Notes: a model not told the origin generated them from the letters alone. Shown: positions 31,520-40,535, counted from the first letter of the stretch. The stretch: DNA of 64,000 nt from an uncultured Chloroflexia bacterium (GCA_963848815.1 CAWKFY010000031.1:637-64636), one strand, 5' to 3'. Numbers and translations: made by a program.

Positions 31520-31905
31520 GTACCGGCAAAATACTATATATTGAGGACAACGAGCAAAATTATTACCTGGTAAAAGTCTTACTGGACACACGCGGTTACG
31601 AGGTGGTCTGGGCACGGGACGGCCAGGAGGGCATCGACAGGGCTGCTCAATCCCATCCGGACCTTATCCTGCTGGATATCCAACTGCCGGTCATGGATGG
31701 CTATGAGGTTGCAAGGAAGCTTCGCAGCAACCCGGGATTATTTAAGATACCGATTGTAGCGGTGACTTCCTATGCGATGACAGGTGATCGCGAGAAAGCT
31801 ATGAGTGCGGGTTGCAATGGCTATATAGAAAAACCGATCGATCCGGACACCTTCCTGGCCCAAATCGAGAAGTTTTTTCCCGGCGCCGATTTGCAAGGAA
31901 CATGA
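31516..31905 (+). CDS. single-domain CheY-like response regulator
   Basis: The ATG at 31516 overlaps the kinase stop (ATGA). The sequence is MSTGKILYIEDNEQNYYLVK...LLDIQLPVMDGYEV...KP. The longer track ORF (31465) lies inside the kinase gene. Confidence 0.85.
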   Translation: MSTGKILYIEDNEQNYYLVKVLLDTRGYEVVWARDGQEGIDRAAQSHPDLILLDIQLPVMDGYEVARKLRSNPGLFKIPIVAVTSYAMTGDREKAMSAGCNGYIEKPIDPDTFLAQIEKFFPGADLQGT

Positions 31906-31906
31906 A

Positions 31907-33406
31907 ATGAGCAAAATTTTAATAGCAGACGACAATGTCCAGAACCTTTATTTGCTGGAGACAGTCATGAAGGGCTGTGGCTATGAAGTGCTTTCAGCAC
32001 GAAACGGAGCCGAGGCCCTGGCATTGGCGCTTAATAGTCCGCCTGACATTATAGTCACGGATATACTTATGCCGGAGATGGATGGTTTTGAACTGTGCCG
32101 ACGTTGCAAAGGGCATGAACTGCTGAACCAAATACCGCTTGTCTTTTACACTGCTACTTACACTGATCTCAAGGATGAGCAATTCGCCCTTAGTCTGGGA
32201 GCCGACCGCTTCGTTATCAAGCCGCAACAACCCGAGGTATTGGTACAGATTGTACAGGAAGTCCTGGCTAATCCTCTTAAGGAAAGGCAGGCGCCTCAGA
32301 AACAATCCCCGGCTGATGAAAAGGAGATCCTGCAGCGGTATAACGAGGCGCTATTCCGCAAGCTGGAAAGGAAAGTGCTGCAACTCGAAGATGTTATAGC
32401 CAAACAGAAAAAGGCGGAAAATGAGCTGCGCGAGAGCGAGCAGAAATACCGTACTCTAATTACTCAGAGTCCGGATGGCATATTCATCGTCAATTTGAAA
32501 GGAAGTTTCCTGGCAGTCAACAGGATCATGTGTGAAACGCTGAAATACAGCGAAGAGGAATTTCTTAACATGCGTATCTGGGATATCGTGCTCGACCAAT
32601 ATATAGACCAGCATAATAAGAGGATCGCCGACATTATGGCAGGAAAAGCATCCAATGAGCCTGCAGAATATATGGTGAGGGGAAAAGATGGGAACCTGCA
32701 TTACGTTGAAATTCTCTCAGCCCCGTATTATGAAGGAAAAGAACTGATTGGTTTTCAGGGAATTGCCCGTAACATTACCGAGCGTAAGCGATATGAGGAA
32801 GACCTGATAAAAAGTCATCAGAAGACCAAGAAAACATTAGACGATGCCATTAATACGATGGCCAAAATTGTGGAAATGAGAGACCCTTATACGGCAGGCC
32901 ATCAGCATAGAGTGGCCGAACTGGCTACAGCCATAGCCAGGGAGATGGGATGCGGAGATGATCGGGTTGAGCAGCTACGCATGGCCGCGGTAATTCATGA
33001 TATTGGCAAAATTTATGTGCCTTCCGATATCCTCAGTAAACCGGGGAAAATTACCGAGAGCGAGTACAGGCTGTTAAAAACCCATGCTCAAGGTAGTTAT
33101 GATATTGTGAAAGGTATGGATTTCCCCTGCGCAGTCGCGAAATCTATCTTGCAGCATCATGAACGGTTGGACGGCTCGGGCTATCCCAACGGCCTCAAAG
33201 GTGAGGAAATAGGCCTTGAAGCGAAGATTCTTTCTGTATCCGATGTAGTTGAAGCCATGAGTTCTCACCGTCCTTACCGGCCGGCCCTGGGTATAGAAAA
33301 AGCGCTGGATGAAATATCAAATAATAAGGGCAAGCTATATGATCCGGATATCGTGGATGCCTGCATCAAGCTTTTCACCGAAAAAGGTTTTAAATTCAAA
33401 GAATAA
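31907..33406 (+). CDS. response regulator with PAS and HD-GYP (c-di-GMP phosphodiesterase) domains
   Basis: 499 aa. The receiver motif is VTDILMPEMDGFEL, a PAS segment follows, and the HD-GYP signatures HDIGK and HHERLDGSGYPNGL are present. Confidence 0.88.
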   Translation: MSKILIADDNVQNLYLLETVMKGCGYEVLSARNGAEALALALNSPPDIIVTDILMPEMDGFELCRRCKGHELLNQIPLVFYTATYTDLKDEQFALSLGADRFVIKPQQPEVLVQIVQEVLANPLKERQAPQKQSPADEKEILQRYNEALFRKLERKVLQLEDVIAKQKKAENELRESEQKYRTLITQSPDGIFIVNLKGSFLAVNRIMCETLKYSEEEFLNMRIWDIVLDQYIDQHNKRIADIMAGKASNEPAEYMVRGKDGNLHYVEILSAPYYEGKELIGFQGIARNITERKRYEEDLIKSHQKTKKTLDDAINTMAKIVEMRDPYTAGHQHRVAELATAIAREMGCGDDRVEQLRMAAVIHDIGKIYVPSDILSKPGKITESEYRLLKTHAQGSYDIVKGMDFPCAVAKSILQHHERLDGSGYPNGLKGEEIGLEAKILSVSDVVEAMSSHRPYRPALGIEKALDEISNNKGKLYDPDIVDACIKLFTEKGFKFKE

Positions 33407-33430
33407 GGCTCGAATAATTAAGCGGTTCAG

Positions 33431-33780
33431 ATGAAAATTAAGATCAAACGGGTCTATGAACAACCGGAAGCGCAGGACGGTACACGTATCCTGGTAGATA
33501 GACTGTGGCCGAGAGGTCTAAGCAAAGAGAAGGCAGAGATAGATTTCTGGATGAAAGACGCGGCTCCCGGCAACGATCTCAGAAAATGGTACAGCCACGA
33601 TCCCGCAAAATGGGAGGAGTTCAAAAGAGGTATTTTGCTGAGCTGGACAGCCATGCCGAAGAGGTGAAAAAACTTGCATCACTGGTTAAAAAAGGCCGCG
33701 TAACCTTTCTCTACAGTTCCAAGGAAGATAAGCTCAACAATGCGCACACGCTCAGCTTTACCGAAAAGCGCGCTAAATAA
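33431..33780 (+). pseudogene. DUF488-family protein, frame break near 33,625-33,631
   Basis: [65 protein letters not shown] (frame of 33431) continues as [40 protein letters not shown] in the frame of ORF 33505-33780. Confidence 0.75.
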
Positions 33781-33917
33781 GCTCCTGGAAAAGTGCACCT
33801 GAACGAAAGATGAGAGTCGAAGAAAAACGACCGCACCATTAGAATCGTTAATGCTCCGCTATTTTCATCGACTATGGAGGTAACCCTTGACGGTTCAGGC
33901 CCTCCAATCCAATTCTG

Positions 33918-34325
33918 ATGTCTCCGGGCCAGGAACATAAAGTAGGCTCTTTGAGTTGGTCCTGCTACCCGGTGATACATTCGATCAGATGCCCGGCGGT
34001 CGGCTTCAAGCTCAAGGCGGAAGGCAAGACAATGGTCTACAACTCCGATGTAGTGGATATTTTAGACCGGGATAAAATAATGGCAGATGCAGACTATTAC
34101 ATAGGCGATGCCTCCGCCATACGGGCAAACCTTGTCAGGAGGAGAGGCGACCAGCTATTCGGACATACCAGGATTACCACGCAGATAAACTGGTGCAAGA
34201 GCTATGGGATCAAAAATATCATCTTCACCCACTTGGGCAAGGAGACCCTGGAGAAAGAAGAACAGTTCAAACTGGACCATCCGGAAGTAATACTGGCATA
34301 CGATGGAATGGAGATTGAAATCTGA
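33918..34325 (+). pseudogene. C-terminal remnant of an MBL-fold metallo-hydrolase-like gene
   Basis: The 135-aa ORF lacks the N-terminal HxHxDH half. Only short out-of-frame scraps (e.g. AIFIDYGGNP) lie upstream at 33,84x-33,91x. Confidence 0.45.
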
Positions 34326-34359
34326 TTGTCCCAACGGGCTAAGCCGAGAAACCGGCTGA

Positions 34360-34542
34360 CTAGCTTTTAGCGCAGTCCAGCAGCGAGCGAGCCCATACAC
34401 GTTCCACCCAAAGTGAGCAGCCCCCTTGTGCCTCGCTTAGCCGGCCGTGGTTTTCACGGATTTTCTTTAAGAATTCGGACTGCAGGGCATCCTTGAGAGA
34501 CATATCCCTGAGGTTAGCATCATCCTTATTAAAAAATTGGCT
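34360..34542 (-). pseudogene. orphan C-terminal gene fragment (no start codon)
   Basis: A minus-strand open frame reads ISQFFNKDDANLRDMSLKDALQSEFLKKIRENHGRLSEAQGGCSLWVERVWARSLLDCAKS, with its stop at 34360-34362 and an in-frame stop immediately upstream. It has no start or RBS. It vaguely resembles C-termini of Fe-S/radical-SAM-type oxidoreductases (low confidence). Confidence 0.3.
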
Positions 34543-34635
34543 AATTTAATCCATCACAAAAGAGAAGGGCTCCGGATTAAATCCGGACCCCCCTCTTTAC
34601 TCTTAGCAGCCGGGGAAATGAGGACGGAGTCCCGT

Positions 34636-36090
34636 TTAGCCGCAAAGATTGTGGACCAGCCGAATATACCAGTTGACCATCTCGTTCATGTTGGCCAAGG
34701 AGATTTTCTCATTTATGCCGTGCAGCAAATTAACGTCATCGCCGTAAAGCCTTTGGGGAAGTGTCCGGAAGACGTTGGGTGACATGTCGGCATATTTGGC
34801 AGAGTCGGTTCCTCCGACCATGATAAACGGAGCAGTGATGACATCCGGCATGATCTCGAGGTAGGTCTTGCTTATCATGCGATAACTCCATGTGTCGGCA
34901 CTGGATATGGGCAACGGTTCACGGGAGAACTCGGTTATGGGACGGACGGTGACACGTTGGTCGTTGATGATCGCGGTCACCCGGTCGATTACATACTTGA
35001 TCGAATCGCCCGGTAAGATGCGGAAGTTTATCACGGCGGTAGCCTTGGAGGGCATTACATTGTCGGCAGGGCTGCCCTGAAACATATCGGGCGCGGTGGT
35101 AGTCCTGATAGATGCGGCGGTAACGGGCTGTAAGGCCAGTTGTTGCCGGATCAGCGGTCCGAAAAGCCATCTGTTGGCAAAGAGAATTTTATAGGGGAGG
35201 GACATCTTAGGCCCGACATATTCGAAGAGGCCCGCCGAAGGGCCCATCAGGTGGGTCGGGAAAGGGTTCTCCTCGAGCTCGTTAACCGCTGCGGCGATTA
35301 TGCCGACATTGGTCTGTTTGGGCGGCACGGAGGAATGTCCACCCTGCGACTGAGCGATAAGCTCTATAGAAAGGTAGCCTTTCTCGGCGGTCCCGATGAG
35401 TGCCACGGGCTGGCTTACTCCAGGCAGAGCGCCTTTGGATACTATGGTTCCCTCATCCTGAATGGCTTCAAACTGGATACCCTGGTCCCGTAGGTACTGC
35501 GCTATCTTGCCCGCCCCCTGCATCCCGGTGCATTCTTCGTCGCACCCGGAAGCGATATAGAGCGTGCGGGTCGGCTGGAAGCCGTCCTTCAGAAGGTATT
35601 CAGCAGCTTCAAGCATACCGATCAGCGAGCCCTTGTCGTCTATGGCGCCGCGGCCCCAGATATAGCCGTCGGCTATATCTCCTGAGAAAGGGTCATGCGT
35701 CCAGCCTTCAACCGGGGCGGGTACCACGTCCTGGTGAGCCATAATAAGAATGGGTTTCTTCGAGCTGTCGCTTCCATGCCAGACATACAGCAGGCCGTAG
35801 TCGTTGATTACATGCTTCTCGAGTTTCGAATTGACCAGGGGATACGTCTTCTCAAAATAATCTTTGAGTCCCTGGAATTCAGTATAGTCTATTTTTGTAA
35901 GATCCAGGTCCCAGATAGTCTTGAACTTCAGCGCTCCGGAGAGATGTTGAGCGATTATATTGGGATCTGTGGGATAGCTGACCTGTTTCTCGGCTGTTGC
36001 CTTCCTGGAGCTGAATGCCAGGGTCCTGACGGCAATTATGACCGCAAGTACTACGATGACGGCCAGCACACAGATAAGCGCTATAGCCAT
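34636..36090 (-). CDS. M20-family metallopeptidase with N-terminal membrane anchor
   Basis: 484 aa. It has an N-terminal TM helix, the motif MAHQDVVPA, and a GRGAIDDKG aspartate/zinc-ligand region. Confidence 0.85.
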   Translation of the reverse strand: MAIALICVLAVIVVLAVIIAVRTLAFSSRKATAEKQVSYPTDPNIIAQHLSGALKFKTIWDLDLTKIDYTEFQGLKDYFEKTYPLVNSKLEKHVINDYGLLYVWHGSDSSKKPILIMAHQDVVPAPVEGWTHDPFSGDIADGYIWGRGAIDDKGSLIGMLEAAEYLLKDGFQPTRTLYIASGCDEECTGMQGAGKIAQYLRDQGIQFEAIQDEGTIVSKGALPGVSQPVALIGTAEKGYLSIELIAQSQGGHSSVPPKQTNVGIIAAAVNELEENPFPTHLMGPSAGLFEYVGPKMSLPYKILFANRWLFGPLIRQQLALQPVTAASIRTTTAPDMFQGSPADNVMPSKATAVINFRILPGDSIKYVIDRVTAIINDQRVTVRPITEFSREPLPISSADTWSYRMISKTYLEIMPDVITAPFIMVGGTDSAKYADMSPNVFRTLPQRLYGDDVNLLHGINEKISLANMNEMVNWYIRLVHNLCG

Positions 36091-36167
36091 ATAGGCCCTC
36101 CTTATAGGATTTAATGCTCGTCTATTTTAGCACAATATAAATAATTGGCTGATTACCCAATCAGCTA

Positions 36168-36317
36168 TCATTTTTGCACTTGTACGGCCAGTTCCTTCTG
36201 GTAGGCCTTCCAGCCCGGGCACCAGGTGGTATGCCATTTCCAGATTTTGCTCATGATTGACTGCGGATTTTTCTCCGCCTTTAGTCGCATGGGGCAGTCA
36301 GCGCAATGCGAAGCCAT
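36168..36317 (-). CDS. small (49 aa) Cys-containing protein, unannotated in the ORF track
   Basis: GAGGAGGA lies 4 nt upstream of the ATG at 36317. Translation: MASHCADCPMRLKAEKNPQSIMSKIWKWHTTWCPGWKAYQKELAVQVQK, with the stop at 36168-36170. A GCTGATT/AATCAGC hairpin follows at 36147-36166. Confidence 0.5.
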   Translation of the reverse strand: MASHCADCPMRLKAEKNPQSIMSKIWKWHTTWCPGWKAYQKELAVQVQK

Positions 36318-36372
36318 TTTGTCCTCCTCAATTCATATATTCTGAATATCACATAATCCGTAAATCCGGCGA

Positions 36373-37329
36373 TCAGCAACTTGCCGTCAGCAGGTAAACC
36401 ACAGGTATCGTCAGGACGCTCAAAAAGTACATGGCTATCGTCAGGGCCGAGGCCAGCTTGCCGTTGCATCCGTAGCGCGAGGCGATAACGGCGGCCACGG
36501 CTCCCGCCGGCATGGCAGCCTCGATAACCAGCACCTGCTCATCGAGCTTGCACAGTCCACAAATATGAGCCCCTGCCAGTGCTATGAGAGGCTCCGCAAC
36601 CAGGTTGATGCAGAACAAAGCTGCAATAGGCGGCAACAGGTGCTTGACAGGTATCTTCTGCAGCAGCAACCCCACGGCAATGGCGGTAAACAGCTCAAGG
36701 GAATTACCCATTATGTCAAAGAGTTTATAGAGGGTCTGTAAAGCATAATTATCCGTCGGAAGCTTGAGAAATGAAACGGCAATGCCCAGTACAAGCGCTA
36801 TGAAAATGGGGGAGCGGAAGAATGCCAGGACGGACATGATCTCGCTCCTGCGGTCCGGATGCTCCTTGCCGAAATACATGGCAAATGGGATTGACAGGAC
36901 GAACAGCGGGATGCCGGCGCCCAGCTCGCTTACGATCATGGCGTCCTGCATGGCCTGCGTATTGTTGAAGAAGATCTGCATGATCAGCGCATATCCCAGG
37001 GTCGAGGAGCTGCCCCAGCCTGCTACCAGGACGAATGCGCCCAGGGACTTCCTGTCCATTTTCAAGAGCCTGCCTGCAATATAACCCAGGGAACAGGCTA
37101 TCAATATAGTGCACAGCATCAGGAGGGCAAGTACAAGCTTGTCGGGATCGAATGTCCTTCTCGAGAGGCTGGCAAATATCAGGGCGGGTAGTGCAACGTC
37201 TGTCACGAGCTGCGAGAAAAGCGCCTCATGGTCGGTTGAGAGAATAGACCATTTCCTCAACAGCAGCGTGAGGGATACCAGCGCCACCAGTATGAAAAGT
37301 GACCCGAGCAGTGGATAGAAATAGCTCAT
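36373..37329 (-). CDS. AEC (auxin efflux carrier) family permease
   Basis: 318-aa polytopic membrane protein with the two-repeat AEC-like layout. Confidence 0.7.
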   Translation of the reverse strand: MSYFYPLLGSLFILVALVSLTLLLRKWSILSTDHEALFSQLVTDVALPALIFASLSRRTFDPDKLVLALLMLCTILIACSLGYIAGRLLKMDRKSLGAFVLVAGWGSSSTLGYALIMQIFFNNTQAMQDAMIVSELGAGIPLFVLSIPFAMYFGKEHPDRRSEIMSVLAFFRSPIFIALVLGIAVSFLKLPTDNYALQTLYKLFDIMGNSLELFTAIAVGLLLQKIPVKHLLPPIAALFCINLVAEPLIALAGAHICGLCKLDEQVLVIEAAMPAGAVAAVIASRYGCNGKLASALTIAMYFLSVLTIPVVYLLTASC

Positions 37330-37379
37330 TGGTGTAAGAATATACCATGTCCCTATGCAAAAATGCAGTGCAGGTAAAT

Positions 37380-37411
37380 AAAAAAGTCCGTCTTTTCAAG
37401 ACGGGCTTTTT
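37380..37411 (-). terminator. bidirectional hairpin terminator downstream of tRNA-like copy A
   Basis: AAAAAAGTCCGTCTT-TTC-AAGACGGGCTTTTT. The same hairpin recurs in repeat units B, C and D. Confidence 0.7.
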
Positions 37412-37420
37412 AATACTCTT

Positions 37421-37499
37421 TGGTAGCGAGGGCAGGATTTGAACCTGGACCTTCGGGTTTCGGGTTATGAACCCGACGAGTTGCCTGCTCCACCCCGCG
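37421..37499 (-). pseudogene. degenerate full-length copy of initiator tRNA-Met (copy A)
   Basis: The reverse complement is cgcggggtggagcaggcaactcgtcgggttcataacccgaaacccgaaggtccaggttcaaatcctgccctcgctacca. Compared with the intact gene at 42237-42311 it has a 7-nt ACCCGAA duplication after the anticodon stem, a 2-nt shorter D-arm and a 1-nt deletion in the T-stem. Confidence 0.75.
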
Positions 37500-37693
37500 G
37501 CATACTTAGTAGTTATTGACGAATTGGAGCCTTGTGATCACGGCTCCGATTTTAATGTCATAGCAGTCCACACTTTAATTAGGCATTCGCTGAGGCACAT
37601 ATTGCATCAAAAATTGATGCGTAGCCATATCTATTTATACTTATGAACTGTTGTGGTGCTATACTATTCCGAATTTGACTATGCGAATATAAA

Positions 37694-38371
37694 ATGTTGA
37701 TTTTTGAAAGACCGGGCCCGATCAATACGGATAGGGTAATCGACATAGTAGAGCGCATTTCCAACACATGCGCGCATATTGTAGTAGCTTCTATTACGGG
37801 TGACAGCGCTCTTAAGATCGCCAGGAGGATCAAGGATAAAGTAGTATGTGTTACCTGCCCGCAGGGAATGAGCTGGGAAGTCGACGGGATGAACAGCGGT
37901 CCCTTTGCCGAAATCCCCGAATTAAAGACCATCCGGGACCGGTGGGTTGACCAGGGATCGAGAAAAATACCTATGGACGTCACAGAGGATAACCGGACTG
38001 AGCTTGACCGGCTGAACGTTAAGGTTGTCCGCGGGACGATCCCCTTTTTCGGCCCCAGTTTCTCGGAGCGGATACACTTAAGAAAGATTACTTCGCTGGA
38101 CGTCATTGCCAAAACGCTCGAATTAATCTCGACTGGAACGCTGGTCTGCATGGAATGCGTATTAATGAGTACCGATAGTGGCGTTATCCCCGAAGGTGAG
38201 AAGGTCATAGCACTGGCGGGGACCGAAAGAGGGCTTGATACAGCCTGGATTGTAAGGAGCAGCGCATCGGCCAACCTTTTTCATCCGACCAAAGGGTTTA
38301 GATTCATTGAATTACTCGCTAAACCGGAAATATCTTTGCAGCCGGGCATAAACATAGAATACCTCAGCTGA
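37694..38371 (+). CDS. pyruvate kinase C-terminal (alpha/beta) domain-like protein (cargo of module 1)
   Basis: 225 aa. Segments MLIFERPGPINTDRVIDIVERI...HIVVASITGDSALKIA...VCMECVLMSTDSGVIPEGEKVIALAGTERGLDTAWIV match the stand-alone PK_C-like family pattern as I recall it. Confidence 0.45.
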   Translation: MLIFERPGPINTDRVIDIVERISNTCAHIVVASITGDSALKIARRIKDKVVCVTCPQGMSWEVDGMNSGPFAEIPELKTIRDRWVDQGSRKIPMDVTEDNRTELDRLNVKVVRGTIPFFGPSFSERIHLRKITSLDVIAKTLELISTGTLVCMECVLMSTDSGVIPEGEKVIALAGTERGLDTAWIVRSSASANLFHPTKGFRFIELLAKPEISLQPGINIEYLS

Positions 38372-38488
38372 TTAATTTGACGCCCATATTCAATAACCGG
38401 AACCTTTTGATATGGCCGATGTATCTATATACATTTTGGTCTTTGTCGCAGCGATTGTCATTTCCATGTTCCAAGGTATACCGTCGGC

Positions 38489-38588
38489 TTATTATTACCC
38501 AAATAAAAAAGCCCGTTTTTTCAAGACGGGCTTTTTTATACGAGTTGGTAGCGAGGGCAGGATTTGAACCTGCAACCTTCGGGTTACG
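38489..38588 (-). repeat. repeat unit B: terminator hairpin + 41-43 nt of the tRNA-fMet 3' end
   Basis: ATTATTACCCAAATAAAAAAGCCCGTTTTTTCAAGACGGGCTTTTTT...TGGTAGCGAGGGCAGGATTTGAACCTGCAACCTTCGGGTTA. It aligns with the 3' part of the tRNA at 42237-42311. Confidence 0.8.
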
Positions 38589-38715
38589 TTGACAGTCCTG
38601 CTATACTGGAACAACCATCATTTGGAAAGGGACAACACCAGCATCGGTAGATGAAGCGATGGTGTAAATCTGGGTTTAAGTAGAGACCGTTCGATAAGGA
38701 GGATATATTACGAAT

Positions 38716-39432
38716 ATGGAGAACTACCCGGCAAAATTATCCGTTGACTACAGTGAGAAACTTGGCAGGTTGTCTACCTTCTTCAGAGGGATTATTGCCA
38801 TCCCCATTTCAGTAATAAGCGGCCCATTAAACTGGGGAATAGCTGCCCTGAATAACTATAGTATGTCAGCCCCGCTATTTATCTTGTTAGCATTGGTCTT
38901 TTTTCTGATCTTACCGCTAATACCTACGGGTCACGCGGGAGGCCTTCCCGCATGGTATCCATTCCTGTACCTGGCTTATGTGCCTCTTTACCTGATACTT
39001 TCGCCACTGGTGATGATGATCCTTTTCAGAAAGAAATACCCCAGGTGGTGGTTCGACTGGGGCATTGGCGTCACCCAATTCCTTTACCGTGTCTGGGCAT
39101 TCATGTTCCTTCTCACTGATAAATATCCTTCAACCGATGATGAGCAGCTTGTGCATATCTCAATAGACTATCCCGACGCTCCAAAAGACCTGATGCGCGG
39201 CCTACCTCTCATTAAATGGATTTTGGCTATCCCCCACTATATTGTCCTTTTCGTCCTCGCAGTAGCCGTATGGGTAGTCACTGTCATCGCATGGTTTGCC
39301 ATACTGTTTACAGGCAATTACCCCCGGAGCTTGTTTGATTTCGTCGTTGGATTTCTGCGTTGGAACCTTCGAGTTTGGACATACGTTATCCTGCTTGCTA
39401 CGGACAAGTACCCGCCATTTAGCCTGAAGTAG
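38716..39432 (+). CDS. DUF4389-like integral membrane protein (cargo of module 2)
   Basis: 238 aa with an AAGGAGG RBS. It carries the pattern LAIPHYIVLF...VIAWFAILFTGNYPRSLFDFVVGFLRWNLRVWTYVILLATDKYPPF. Confidence 0.6.
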   Translation: MENYPAKLSVDYSEKLGRLSTFFRGIIAIPISVISGPLNWGIAALNNYSMSAPLFILLALVFFLILPLIPTGHAGGLPAWYPFLYLAYVPLYLILSPLVMMILFRKKYPRWWFDWGIGVTQFLYRVWAFMFLLTDKYPSTDDEQLVHISIDYPDAPKDLMRGLPLIKWILAIPHYIVLFVLAVAVWVVTVIAWFAILFTGNYPRSLFDFVVGFLRWNLRVWTYVILLATDKYPPFSLK

Positions 39433-39455
39433 AGTCTTATCCATCGATTGTAAAA

Positions 39456-39540
39456 CCATTATTACCCAAATAAAAAAGCCCGTCTTAATAAGACGGGCTT
39501 TTTAATACTCTTGGTAGCGGGGCAGGATTTGAACCTGCGA
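39456..39540 (-). repeat. repeat unit C: terminator hairpin + 29 nt of the tRNA-fMet 3' end
   Basis: CCATTATTACCCAAATAAAAAAGCCCGTCTTAATAAGACGGGCTTTTT...TGGTAGCGGGGCAGGATTTGAACCTGCGA. Confidence 0.8.
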
Positions 39541-39569
39541 ATCGATCGGCTCTTGGTATTCCCGTTCCC

Positions 39570-40401
39570 TTACCTCCAGACGATCCTGGGGGCTTTGCGG
39601 ACAGGTATTCTATGGTATTTGAACTTATTATACCCCAGCAGCATAGCTCCATAAGCCTGATGGCCTTCGGGCAGCGCCAGGGCCGCCTGAACCGGAGGGA
39701 AGGTGTTGGCCATCATGTAAACATATCCCGCCCAGCAGGTGGCCAGGCCCAGGCTGTTAGCCGCCAGGTCCAGAAAACTCAAGGCGTTGGCGCTATCAAT
39801 GCCGGCGAGAAGCGAGACTGAGAAATCTTTACTGGCATGGGTAACAATCAATACCGGGGCGCCGCGCAAAAATGCATTGTGGTTCATTTCGTTGTCTTTC
39901 CAGCCTTGCTTGAAAATTGGATTTCTCGGCCATTCCCGGAAGGTTCTCAATTACCCACTTTAGCCAGTCGGTGCCGAGCTCTTCAATGCGGTCCAGCTCT
40001 TTTTTATCGTCGATTACCAGCCATTCCATCTCTTGACGGTTAGACCCTGTCGGCGCGTAGCGGGCGTCCTCTATCAGGCGGGTAATTATTTCGCGTGGTA
40101 CCGGCTTGTTCTTGAAGACCCTGGCCGAACGGCGGCCCTTTAATAGCTGCTCGACCTGTTCCGGAGTTATCTTAAGGCCCTTATTTATCAGCGGAGACTC
40201 TTTTAGCGGCGAGTCCCGATGGCTCAGGCTTCCGCTGGGACACACCACAACGCAATGCCCGCATCCGTTGCACTCAGCTTCAGCCTCTGCTGCTATTTGC
40301 GGGAAACCCCCGTCCGGCAGGGAAATTACCCGGCGGGGACATTCAGCAGCGCAGATGCCGCATTTATTACACGTTTCCTGATTGATTTCAATAATAGACA
40401 T
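39570..40401 (-). pseudogene. 2x[4Fe-4S] ferredoxin-domain / nitroreductase-family fusion, frame break near 39,94x (cargo of module 3)
   Basis: The N-part (ORF 39829-40401) has CNKCGICAAECP and CNGCGHCVVVCP plus a nitroreductase start (RRSARVFKNKPVPREI...APTGSNRQ). The C-part (ORF 39570-39950) continues the nitroreductase fold in another frame. Confidence 0.7.
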
Positions 40402-40424
40402 TTCGTAGAGTTAGAACCTTGAAC

Positions 40425-40535
40425 ACTAAAGTACTCTCACCACGCTGTGTTGCCCTTTTATCGTTCAAAATTATAGCCTAGAGACTTAAGGAGATTCACA
40501 ACCTGGTTGCCGCTAACTTGCGGAAGCTTTGGCAT
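40425..40535 (-). pseudogene. hicA: truncated HicA-like toxin relic
   Basis: The ATG at 40535 overlaps the end of the upstream antitoxin-like gene. Translation MPKLPQVSGNQVVNLLKSLGYNFER, then a stop, then KGQHSVVRV in a shifted frame. This gives about 35 of about 60 expected codons before the next gene. Confidence 0.5.

Noticed and set aside
38377-38592. 71-aa plus-strand ORF ending ...ELVARAGFEPATFGLR
   Set aside because: Its C-terminus is simply the translation of the terminator and tRNA-fragment repeat (unit B). It has no RBS and is spurious.
38589-38607. TTGACA...TATACT immediately after repeat unit B that looked like a consensus promoter
   Set aside because: The spacer between the hexamers is only 7 nt, so it cannot function as a sigma70 promoter in that register.
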